Shown in pieces: positions 1 through 7,998 of a stretch of 23,033 bases of DNA (position 1 is its first letter; each line of letters starts with the position of its first letter). The stretch covers positions 1 through 23,033 of the forward strand of contig JBCAXK010000023.1 in assembly GCA_038534095.1 (NCBI GenBank), given 5' to 3'. The translations under genes and the position numbers were made by a program. The notes under the pieces were generated by a model that was not told where the DNA came from, did not search any database, and was given only the letters and a program-made list of their open reading frames with translations. The stretch comes from Chlamydiota bacterium (GTDB lineage: Bacteria > Chlamydiota > Chlamydiia > Chlamydiales > SM23-39).

Positions 1-115
1 CAGCTTTTCTCTTTTTTTAAAAATGTTTGTTTTTAAAATATTTTTATAGTTAATTAAATTTTTTATTTAATTTTATTAATAAATAAATTATTATATAATA
101 AAAAAAGGGACTGCT
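1..115 (+). promoter_or_regulatory. Extremely AT-rich upstream region with putative sigma66 -10 box for ORF 116..1081
   Basis: Almost pure A/T from about 12 to 106; TATAAT at 94-99; purine-rich AAAGGGA just before the ATG at 116. Confidence 0.45.
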
Positions 116-1081
116 ATGACATCTTTTCGCTCTATTGCTGATCAGGCTTGGGAAACAACCTCGATTACTTTTGAACCGCTGTGTGGAGCCGCGCTTCTAT
201 TGCCAGTCAAAATAGTAGGGAGGATTCTCACGATTCCTTTCATTCCCTTATTCACTGTTGCCGATTTTTTCCGTCGTCAATCGTATTATGCCTCTGTAAA
301 AGGGGAGATCCAACAGTTCACTCAGCTCAATTGTGAGCAAACCCCTAAATGTGTCAGCTTGCATCGGGAACTAACAGCTTCCTTGAGTCAGCAGAGATCG
401 ATCATGAAAAAAATTGAGAGTTTACAAGGTCTTGAAAAAGACACGAGACTCTTTTGCGAGCAGTACGGAAAAAACGAACCTATGGGGCTCATCACCCGGG
501 ATGCAAATGATCGCGCTTTGTTGATCAGCAAAGTCGTTGAAGAGGTCGTTGCTCCAAGAAGTGCCCCTTCTGCTCCGATACGATTTTCTATTACAAACGA
601 CCAGATGTCCTGGGCAGACAGGGTTTGGGAAAAATCTCGCCTATCCTCCCGTTTTCATTGTTGCTCTATCGTCCAATACCTATTCAATATTGCTGTGTTT
701 ACGATGCTTCCAGTCTTGACTGTGATCGATTTTGTTTCTAATCGCTCGAGTGGCGTTGCAAACATTCTGATAGCACAAAGAGATGAGCAAGAGGGAAGGT
801 CGATGCAGATCGCAGAAAGGCTCAAAAAATTCCAAGGAACCAGAGACTCTATCATCGTAGAAAAAAGGTCTTCAAAGGAAGGGGAAGATACATTCCTCAA
901 AAATGTTGAGCGCCGTTTTGATGAAATCATTCAAAATCGGGAAAACGCCCACGCTTCTTATGTTTTTATGACTAAAAGCAATGTTTCTGTTTTGGATCGC
1001 TCCTGCTTTCTATCCCACGTTTCACATGCTTTTATCTCGGAAGATGGGTTTTTTTCAAAAGGAGGCCTGACTGTCGTGTAA
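116..1081 (+). CDS. Hypothetical membrane protein with two internally duplicated hydrophobic + helical modules (candidate Inc-like/effector)
   Basis: 321-aa ORF; SIADQAWE...IPLFTVADF (aa 6-51) resembles SWADRVWE...LPVLTVIDF (aa 165-206), each followed by a charged helical segment; no known motif recognised. Confidence 0.75.
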   Translation: MTSFRSIADQAWETTSITFEPLCGAALLLPVKIVGRILTIPFIPLFTVADFFRRQSYYASVKGEIQQFTQLNCEQTPKCVSLHRELTASLSQQRSIMKKIESLQGLEKDTRLFCEQYGKNEPMGLITRDANDRALLISKVVEEVVAPRSAPSAPIRFSITNDQMSWADRVWEKSRLSSRFHCCSIVQYLFNIAVFTMLPVLTVIDFVSNRSSGVANILIAQRDEQEGRSMQIAERLKKFQGTRDSIIVEKRSSKEGEDTFLKNVERRFDEIIQNRENAHASYVFMTKSNVSVLDRSCFLSHVSHAFISEDGFFSKGGLTVV

Positions 1082-1234
1082 TGTTCCCCATTTAGCAAAA
1101 GGTTTTTTACGGAGACTTGGTGGCGTTGTTCTTTAACGTTTTTTTAGCAATTTGGCCATTTTTACCAGTCTCCCAGTAAGTGAGGAGAAATGGATAAAAA
1201 TGTCACAAAGCTCTGTTTTGATGAAATCATTCAA
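915..1234 (+). repeat. 20-bp exact direct repeat GTTTTGATGAAATCATTCAA (915-934 and 1215-1234)
   Basis: Identical 20-mers exactly 300 bp apart; the first is inside ORF 116..1081, the second is in the downstream spacer. Confidence 0.9.
1107..1179 (+). other. Imperfect stem-loop downstream of ORF 116..1081
   Basis: GGAGAC(T)TGGT 1111-1121 pairs with ACCAGTCTCC 1164-1173; inner TGGC/GCCA and GTTGTT/AGCAAT (with G-T pairs). Confidence 0.5.
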
Positions 1235-1308
1235 GATGGAGATAAGATTTATCTCATAAGGAATCTTTGTTGATAAATGGGCATAGTATACACCACCACA
1301 TTCTAGGA

Positions 1309-1719
1309 CTAAGTATCATCTCTTAGCCGGAGAGTTTCACGGCGTAGACTCGCACTATGTGTGTTCGAAATTTCTCGCTGTGCCGTTAGCATAGCCATAC
1401 ATTCACGATGGACACAATGGTTTGTATGCCATGAAACGAGCGACATATAACCGGCGGACATAAGTATGGCAACGGGTAGGCAGTTGATGGCCGATTTCGC
1501 AACCGGGTAGTCATCGAGTAATGAGCTATACGTGAGATGGACTGCTAAATACGTTGCACATGTAGCAATAGACATATACTTCAAATTCGAGCATTGTTTT
1601 TGTTTAAGGCGATCAACCTTTGTCTGCAGGAGCTCTTTTTCCCGTGTTAATTCGTTTATTTTTGGAATGGCAATACGATACCATTCGTCCATTTGGTTGT
1701 TAGTATATTGAACAGCCAT
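1309..1719 (-). CDS. Hypothetical protein: coiled coil followed by two hydrophobic segments (Inc-like)
   Basis: 136 aa; heptad-like INELTREKELLQTKVDRLKQK, then YMSIATCATYLAVHLTY and INCLPVAILMSAGYMSLVSW separated by a short loop. Confidence 0.7.
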   Translation of the reverse strand: MAVQYTNNQMDEWYRIAIPKINELTREKELLQTKVDRLKQKQCSNLKYMSIATCATYLAVHLTYSSLLDDYPVAKSAINCLPVAILMSAGYMSLVSWHTNHCVHRECMAMLTAQREISNTHSASLRRETLRLRDDT

Positions 1720-1784
1720 AAAAAAACCCTTTTGTTTTTAATTTCTATGCCTTTTTTTCAATAAAATTCTATTACTCAGAGCCC

Positions 1785-1934
1785 TTTCAGTAGAAAGTTT
1801 TGATAGCTGATGTGGTACGATGGTGAGTTCTTTGAACCCAAGGGACCTCAAGTCGCGCCGCAAACACATTTTATCTTAAGGGAATGTTATTGATGATTTT
1901 CTACAAAAAAAATTATCAAAACTTTTTACTTAAA
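1785..1934. repeat. 150-bp element bounded by 21-bp inverted repeats (19/21) with internal hairpins (MITE-like or structured RNA)
   Basis: TTTCAGTAGAAAGTTTTGATA 1785-1805 vs TATCAAAACTTTTTACTTAAA 1914-1934; internal hairpin 1812-1861. Confidence 0.7.
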
Positions 1935-1939
1935 ACGCC

Positions 1940-1967
1940 TTGACAAGATAAAAAATATCAATAGAGT
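1940..1967 (+). promoter_or_regulatory. Putative sigma66/sigma70-type promoter for ORF 1991..2377
   Basis: TTGACA 1940-1945, 16-nt spacer, TAGAGT 1962-1967. Confidence 0.55.
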
Positions 1968-1990
1968 AAGTACTATTTCTTTTAAAATAG

Positions 1991-2377
1991 GTGAAAAACC
2001 TTAAAATAAAGAAGGATTGGATTTTGAGAGCAGATTTTCGATTAGATGGTATTCCATGGTCTTCTCTAGAAATTTCCATAGAAAAAGAGATGCAGTACTT
2101 GAAGAACACTCTTTTATTAGGAATCTTCAACACTCTAGCAGCTTTTTTTACCCTAGTCTACTGGCCAGACCCTTGTCCAGCTCTTGGCTTCACAGTTTTT
2201 ACATTGGGCTCTATAAGTTGTTTTGTATGTATTCAACGTACTCGTGAAAGAATCGATAAACTCATCAATAAGGGTACTAAGGAGGGAGTCATCCAACATC
2301 TTGTTATCGGAGAATCTGCTCCTGGATCTGGTGTTATGAATGCTCGCTTTGTAGTTATTGCAGATGACAAAAGATAA
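1991..2377 (+). CDS. Hypothetical protein with bilobed hydrophobic hairpin (Inc-like)
   Basis: 128 aa, GTG start; TLLLGIFNTLAAFFTLVYW-PDPCP-ALGFTVFTLGSISCFVCI gives two TM segments with a Pro-rich turn; consensus promoter upstream. Confidence 0.7.
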   Translation: MKNLKIKKDWILRADFRLDGIPWSSLEISIEKEMQYLKNTLLLGIFNTLAAFFTLVYWPDPCPALGFTVFTLGSISCFVCIQRTRERIDKLINKGTKEGVIQHLVIGESAPGSGVMNARFVVIADDKR

Positions 2378-2474
2378 ATAGGGATTTTCTCAGACTTAGT
2401 TGAAACAAAAATCAATAGAACAAAAAATAAAAATGATTTAAAATACTGTAAAAAATGTATTTTTTAGAATTTAA

Positions 2475-2957
2475 ATGATAGAAAAAACTTTTACAATAGA
2501 ATCTTCACAATTCGTTTCTTCTTTACAAAGAGCGAGGGAAAAGATTCAATCTTCTAGTTACACATCTATTTGGAAGAACCGCTTACTTGCGACAGCGCTT
2601 CTTCTTGCAGCTGTTGCTTCAAAAATTTTGATTACAGGGTTTTTTGGGTATTTCGCAATGGGGCTTTTTGGAATTGCTGCTGCATATTTTTTTGCGCAGG
2701 AGCAGTCTTATGACACTTTGATTCACAATATTGAAAAAATGCAGAGTGCTCAAAGAGGAAGCGCCAAGCCAGTAACCTTAAAGTTGATTTGCAAAGACAA
2801 AGGGCCTTATTCCCGTTCTACGGCTACGTGTGAAATCATTGAAGGGATGAAAAAAACCCCTTTTTTCTCTTTTCTTTCAAAAGGCGCAATAGATCCCAGA
2901 TCCCTTGAGGGGAAAAAACTCACCGTCCTTTTAGAGGTCATCAAAAATCCTGCTTAA
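2475..2957 (+). CDS. Hypothetical protein with bilobed hydrophobic hairpin (Inc-like)
   Basis: 160 aa; about 38-aa hydrophobic stretch LLATALLLAAVASKILITGFFGYFAMGLFGIAAAYFFA between hydrophilic N- and C-terminal parts. Confidence 0.75.
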   Translation: MIEKTFTIESSQFVSSLQRAREKIQSSSYTSIWKNRLLATALLLAAVASKILITGFFGYFAMGLFGIAAAYFFAQEQSYDTLIHNIEKMQSAQRGSAKPVTLKLICKDKGPYSRSTATCEIIEGMKKTPFFSFLSKGAIDPRSLEGKKLTVLLEVIKNPA

Positions 2958-2973
2958 AAACTTGGTCACCGAT

Positions 2974-3345
2974 CCCTGATAAACTGTGTAAAAGCTTTTT
3001 ACAAATGGACGGCTGAGAGGAGTTTTCTTATAGCTTCCACAGCCTGCTTACTCTTTAACCTCTCCTAGTTAGATCAGGGTATACGGCTTACGTGCTTTCC
3101 TCTCATTACTCCCTTGAGAAACATTGCAAAGGTAGTTTTTATACAACATGCAAAAGATACCGAAGCTGTAAGGCTAGAAACGCTATTGCTTCTTTAGTCT
3201 TTCTACAGCGAATCATCTAGAATTTTTTCTCTACACTTGCTGTCTGCCTTTTTTATAGGGAGACAATCAGCCATTTTTGTATTCCACCTGCTCAGTTGAT
3301 GAGAGCGTAGCTTCATCAAGGTTGGTTTTAGCGAATAAAAACCGA
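2974..3345 (+). other. Hairpin-dense spacer between convergent genes (possible sRNA or terminators)
   Basis: CCCTGAT 2974-2980/ATCAGGG 3073-3079; TGTAAAA/TTTTACA 2987-3003; GGCTG/CAGCC 3011-3044; GCTGTA/TACAGC 3165-3209; TGTCT/AGACA 3241-3265; TTGATGA/TCATCAA 3296-3319; TTGGTTTT/AAAACCGA 3322-3345. Confidence 0.5.
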
Positions 3346-3364
3346 TGTTTGTATGAGAGAAGGT

Positions 3365-4444
3365 TTAGCGCTCGAAGGGAATCTGGGACTCGAGTAGCGA
3401 AGCGGCCTCTTCAAAGGCTGCGCGGACACTTATTTGCCTTAAGCAAAAGGGGAGCCTGCAAGATCTCCCAAGGCAAGGAGAGCAGGATCTAGGACGCTTT
3501 AAGATGCGCGCTGCTGGCACATCGTATGGGCCACATTTTTTAGGATCAGTCGGGGAGAAAAGGGCAAGCGTAGGTTTTTTTAACGCGCAAGCAAGATGCA
3601 TCGGTCCCGTATCGTTTGTGATGATGAGATCGGTTGCTCCAAGTAGGCTCGCGTAGTTCCTTAAGGGGAGGGGGCCTGCCAAAAGACTTTTGGGGAGGTC
3701 TTGTACAAGAGCGTTTCCAAGATCTTCTTCACCAGCGCCCATTCCAATGACAATTTGGCAGGAGAGCTCTTCTTCAAGCCGTTTCCCCAAAAGAGCGTAA
3801 TGAGAGATTGGCCAGCACTTATAACGGTCTTTGGCCCCAGGATGTAAAAGAACGAGCGGTTTTTTTGTAGGGTTTTTTTCTTGGATCCAAGATTCTCCCC
3901 AACTCTTTTCTTCCTCAGTGAAAAAATAGCGTAACGAAGGGTCGAGAATCGAAGCGCCCACCTCTTCAATGAGCTTGCGCCGGCGGTCAATTTCATGGAG
4001 AGAGGTCTTTACAGGATCGGTGAGTAGAGAATCTAACCCTTTATGCTGACCTTTTGTGCCAAAAATCCGGGGGATTCCGCTACAAACAAGGAGTGGTAAA
4101 AGGAGTCTTTGGGAGGAGTGAAAAATAAACGCCGCGTCGTAACGCTCTTTTTCGAGTTTTTGTTTGAAGCGGAGGCTTTGCCAAAGAAGCGGCTCTTTAA
4201 TGAGAAACGTTTTACGAATGTCAGGATTGTGTAAAAAAAGGTTTTTTCCTAAGGGATTTGTCAAAAGATCTATCTCAAAAGAGCTCTTTTTAAGGGCGTG
4301 AATGGCGGGAGTAGACCAAAGGGAGTCTCCCAAGCCTGTTGTGGCTACAGCAAGGCACCGTTTGATCGGACGATTAGAGCGCGCTTTAGGAAAAAGAGCG
4401 CAGATGGAGCGGATGCCAAGATTTTTTAAAAAACGGAAAGCCAT
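3365..4444 (-). CDS. Glycosyltransferase family 9 (ADP-heptose:LPS heptosyltransferase-like)
   Basis: GT9 motifs GLGD, LHPGA...KCWP, ITNDTGPMHLA, ALFSPT, and C-terminal CSPC...C. Confidence 0.92.
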   Translation of the reverse strand: MAFRFLKNLGIRSICALFPKARSNRPIKRCLAVATTGLGDSLWSTPAIHALKKSSFEIDLLTNPLGKNLFLHNPDIRKTFLIKEPLLWQSLRFKQKLEKERYDAAFIFHSSQRLLLPLLVCSGIPRIFGTKGQHKGLDSLLTDPVKTSLHEIDRRRKLIEEVGASILDPSLRYFFTEEEKSWGESWIQEKNPTKKPLVLLHPGAKDRYKCWPISHYALLGKRLEEELSCQIVIGMGAGEEDLGNALVQDLPKSLLAGPLPLRNYASLLGATDLIITNDTGPMHLACALKKPTLALFSPTDPKKCGPYDVPAARILKRPRSCSPCLGRSCRLPFCLRQISVRAAFEEAASLLESQIPFER

Positions 4445-4566
4445 GGTAGTTTTTTATGAGCTCCTTTTAATCAAATAGTGGTCAAAGCCCCTTATGAGTC
4501 TCCTTTGCTTATTTGGGCAGAAAGGGGAGGAGCTACCCCTATTTTAGAGATGTTGAACCTTGTTTT

Positions 4567-4685
4567 ACCTGCTAGCTTTGATCCTCAGTGTTTGCGGGAA
4601 TGTTCCAAAGTCTAACAATGAAAAACCAGAATTGTTTCTCAAAAGACTGGAACCTTTGCTTGCAAGAATCATGAGGAATCCAGGT
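4567..4685 (+). other. Rod-like fold-back of about 120 nt in the GT9/carB spacer
   Basis: Nested helices ACCTG/CAGGT, GAT/ATC, CCTCA/TGAGG, TTTGCGGG/CTTGCAAG (3 G-T), GTTCCA/TGGAAC, GTCT/AGAC, AACAAT/ATTGTT. Confidence 0.6.
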
Positions 4686-4809
4686 CTTAGGTGCTTACTT
4701 TTTACTAACGCTTTTGTGCTACCTTGCCAGCTTGCGTAGCAAGGGCACTCTTTTGCATCATGCCAGATTTTTCAGAAAAAGGGGCAAGATTTCTTATTAG
4801 TAAAGCCGC

Positions 4810-7800
4810 TTAATACAAAAGCGCCGCCGAGTGAATGTAGTCTTGCCAAGAACAAACCGGAATCTCTTTTGGGTCCACTTCAATCAAGCACCGTATGAAG
4901 ATCTTTGCGAGCTGTAAATTGGTGATGAGAGGGATGTGATGATCGATCGCCAACCGTCGCATGAGAAAGCCATTATCACCCGTTTCTGTCTGTTTAGGAA
5001 TGTTGATGATCAGATCCACTTTTTGTTGCTCGATCAAAGTCGCTGCGTTGGGTTCTAAATATTCTGAGACCTGATGCACAAACTTCGATCCAACTCCGCT
5101 TTTACATAGCCGGTCATGCGTCCCCTCTGTAGCGTAGAGCTCCCAGCCTTTTTCTTCTAGGCGAATGAGGTCTTCAATGAGGGTTTGTTTGTCAATGGAG
5201 CTTAAACTCATCAGCAGTCTTTTCCCACGAATCGTCTGCTCTGTTGCTAGCCAAGAGGAGAAAAACGCCTGGTAATAACTCGGAGCAATGCAGGCGACCT
5301 CTCCGGTTGAAGCCATCTCTACCCTTGCTACTGGGTTTGCGCCTTTGAGCCTTTGATAGGAGAACTGGGGGGTTTTTACTCCCACGTAGTCGAGTTCTAA
5401 TGTCTCATAGGCTTTTTGCTCATGGCAGCCCAAGAAAATTTCTGCCGCAATTTCCATAAAATTTTCTCCCGTGATTTTTGAGACAAAAGGGAGAGACCGG
5501 GAGGCTCTAGCATTGCATTCGATGACTTGGATCGTCTGATTTTTTGCAATGAATTGCATGTTGAAAGGGCCTGTAATTTTGAGGGCTTTGACCACTTTTT
5601 TGGTGATGTTTTTCGTATTGCGGATCGTTTCTAAATGGAGCCTTTGGGGAGGTAGTACAATAGTCGCATCTCCCGAATGGACCCCCGCATTTTCGATATG
5701 TTCAGCAATGGCAGAGATCACAACCGTTCCCCTTTCAGCAACGCCATCTACTTCGAGCTCTTTCGCGCTGCTGATGAATTTAGAAATCACAACGGGATGA
5801 TCGGGAGAAACGATAGCCGCTTCCTCTAAAAAACCGACGAGGCTTGTTTCATCGGGAGCGATGTTCATAGCCGATCCCGATAGCACATAAGAGGGGCGGA
5901 CCAAAATCGGATAGCCCACCTCCTTAGCAAAGGCTTTCGCGCTTGCAATGCTTGTGATGCTTTGCCATGGAGGCTGGGCTACTTGTAGCTCGCGTAAAAG
6001 AGAAGAAAATCGCTCCCGATTTTCTGCCCGATCGATATCACATCCCAAAGTGCCAAACAGGGGCTGACCTGCTTGTTCCAAAGCAAAAGCAAGGTTGTTC
6101 GCTATTTGTCCTCCTACGCAGACAACGATTGCTTTTGGAGGAGAAAAATCGCAAATATCTAAGATACGCTCTAAGGTGAGCTCTTCAAAGTAGAGCCTGT
6201 CTGACTCATCGAAATCGGTCGATACCGTTTCTGGGTTGCAATTGATGATCGAGGTTTTTACCCCATGTTTTCTTAGGGTTTTGACCATATTGACAGCGCA
6301 CCAATCAAATTCTACAGAAGATCCTATTGCGTAGGGACCCGATCCGATCACAATCACATGCTCTTTTTCTAGAGCAAGATCATCTTCTTCTCCATGATAG
6401 GTGAGGTAAAGGTAGTTGGTCTGAGCCGCGTATTCTCCAGCAAGCGTGTCGATCTGCTTCACAACTGGATGAATCTTCTCCTGTTTTCTTAAGGATCGCA
6501 CTTCGGATGGAGAAAGACTCCAAATCTTCCCTAAGCTCTCATCAGAAAAGCCCCACTGTTTTCCTAGGAGAAGAGACGAGTAGCCTGCGTCTTTTGTCTG
6601 CAAATCTTTATAGGCTTGTGCGATCTTAGCAATATGGCGCAGAAACCAGGGAGTAATTTGGGAGAGATGGTGCGCTTTTTCTACCGATCCTCCCGCAAAG
6701 AAAAATTGGTACAAAGCAAAAAGGCGCTGATCTGTTGGATGCTCAATTTCCCGGTTAATCGCAGTAATCGGTCTTGGGGGATCTTCGATCCCGCAGCTTC
6801 CGATGTTGAGCATTCGGATCGCTTTTTGTAGCGCTTCTGGGAAAGAGCGCCCGATGCCCATCACCTCACCTACACTTTTCATTTCTGTCCCAATCGTCCT
6901 TTCTGCAAAGGGGAGCTTGCCCGTATCCCAGCGGGGGATTTTGACGGTGATGTAATCGAGGGCAGGTTCAAAAAAAGCAGAGGTTTGTTTGGTCATCACA
7001 TTTTTGATTTCGTGCAGCTTGTAGCCTAGCGCAATCTTTGCAGCCACAAAGGCGATCGGGTAGCCGGTCGCTTTTGAGGCGAGAGCACTTGACCTTGAAA
7101 GGCGGGGATTCATCTCGATCACCCGATAATCGAGCCTATCTGGATGAAGAGCAAATTGCACATTGCACTCACCGAGCACGGCAAAATGTTGACTAATTTT
7201 GATCGCTACATCTCTTAAGAAGTGGTACTCTTCATTATTGAGAGTTTGAGAAGGGGCAACAACCACACTTTCTCCCGTATGAATCCCCATAGGATCAAAG
7301 TTTTCCATGTTGCAGATCGATAGGCTTTGGTTGTTATGATCTCGGATGATCTCATACTCGATCTCTTTAAAACCAAAGAGGTACTCTTCAATGAGCGCAT
7401 GGGGAGCGATCGCTAACGATTCGGAGATTTTTGCAAGAAGCTCAGATTCATTGGAGATGCGCGCAGAGCCAAGACCTCCAAGAGAAAAGCCTGTTCGTAG
7501 CATGCACGGGTAGCCGATTTCTCGAGCGCCTGCTAGGGCGCCCTCTACAGAGGTAACGAAAAAGCTTTTTGGGGTATGGATCCCAATCGAGCGGAGCTCT
7601 TGCTTGAACAATTCCCGATCTTCCGCTTTTCTAATGGTGCTTGTATTTGTCCCAAGAACGCTGACGTTTAGGTCAGAAAAAACGCCCGCCTCTTCTAAAG
7701 CAAGGCCTAAATTGAGGGCGGTTTGCCCTCCAAAGGAGAGAAGAATCCCCTCAGGACGCTCTTTTTCTAGAATTTTTGTTAAGCTATCTACGTTTAACGG

Positions 7801-7998
7801 CTCTAAGTAGACAGTATCGGCCATTTTTTCATCGGTCTGGACCGTAGCGATGTTGGGATTCACAAGGACTGTTTCAATCCCTTCCTCTTTAATCGCTTTG
7901 ATCGCTTGAGATCCCGAGTAATCGAATTCTCCAGCTTGTCCAATTCTGAGTCCTCCCGAGCCGAGCAATACAATTTTTTTCCCTGAAAACTTTTTCAT
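4810..7998 (-). CDS. carB: Carbamoyl-phosphate synthase large subunit
   Basis: 1062 aa; GSGGLRIGQAGEFDYSG, IEMNPRLSRSSALASKATG, second half GSSVEFDW, RPSYVLSG, IECNARASR; C-terminal MGS-like domain; ATGA overlap with carA. Confidence 0.98.
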   Translation of the reverse strand: MKKFSGKKIVLLGSGGLRIGQAGEFDYSGSQAIKAIKEEGIETVLVNPNIATVQTDEKMADTVYLEPLNVDSLTKILEKERPEGILLSFGGQTALNLGLALEEAGVFSDLNVSVLGTNTSTIRKAEDRELFKQELRSIGIHTPKSFFVTSVEGALAGAREIGYPCMLRTGFSLGGLGSARISNESELLAKISESLAIAPHALIEEYLFGFKEIEYEIIRDHNNQSLSICNMENFDPMGIHTGESVVVAPSQTLNNEEYHFLRDVAIKISQHFAVLGECNVQFALHPDRLDYRVIEMNPRLSRSSALASKATGYPIAFVAAKIALGYKLHEIKNVMTKQTSAFFEPALDYITVKIPRWDTGKLPFAERTIGTEMKSVGEVMGIGRSFPEALQKAIRMLNIGSCGIEDPPRPITAINREIEHPTDQRLFALYQFFFAGGSVEKAHHLSQITPWFLRHIAKIAQAYKDLQTKDAGYSSLLLGKQWGFSDESLGKIWSLSPSEVRSLRKQEKIHPVVKQIDTLAGEYAAQTNYLYLTYHGEEDDLALEKEHVIVIGSGPYAIGSSVEFDWCAVNMVKTLRKHGVKTSIINCNPETVSTDFDESDRLYFEELTLERILDICDFSPPKAIVVCVGGQIANNLAFALEQAGQPLFGTLGCDIDRAENRERFSSLLRELQVAQPPWQSITSIASAKAFAKEVGYPILVRPSYVLSGSAMNIAPDETSLVGFLEEAAIVSPDHPVVISKFISSAKELEVDGVAERGTVVISAIAEHIENAGVHSGDATIVLPPQRLHLETIRNTKNITKKVVKALKITGPFNMQFIAKNQTIQVIECNARASRSLPFVSKITGENFMEIAAEIFLGCHEQKAYETLELDYVGVKTPQFSYQRLKGANPVARVEMASTGEVACIAPSYYQAFFSSWLATEQTIRGKRLLMSLSSIDKQTLIEDLIRLEEKGWELYATEGTHDRLCKSGVGSKFVHQVSEYLEPNAATLIEQQKVDLIINIPKQTETGDNGFLMRRLAIDHHIPLITNLQLAKIFIRCLIEVDPKEIPVCSWQDYIHSAALLY

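Noticed and set aside
1..115. Possible replication origin or DNA-unwinding element
   Set aside because: AT-rich, but no DnaA boxes seen and the upstream context is cut off; simpler to read as a promoter region
1785..1934. Retron msr-msd (outer inverted repeats plus inner hairpin)
   Set aside because: No reverse transcriptase in the window, so the resemblance is only architectural
3084..3102. RNase P-like words (CGGCTTA on +, GAGGAAAG on -)
   Set aside because: They are on opposite strands and adjacent, whereas rnpB needs both on one strand several hundred nt apart; GAGGAAAGTCC is not complete
1082..3364. Integron-like cassette array (small ORFs separated by hairpins)
   Set aside because: ORFs are in mixed orientations with their own promoters, no consistent RYYYAAC/GTTRRRY boxes were found, and there is no integrase in the window
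3277..3492. 71-aa + strand ORF
   Set aside because: TTG start, overlaps the GT9 3' end in antisense, no recognisable features
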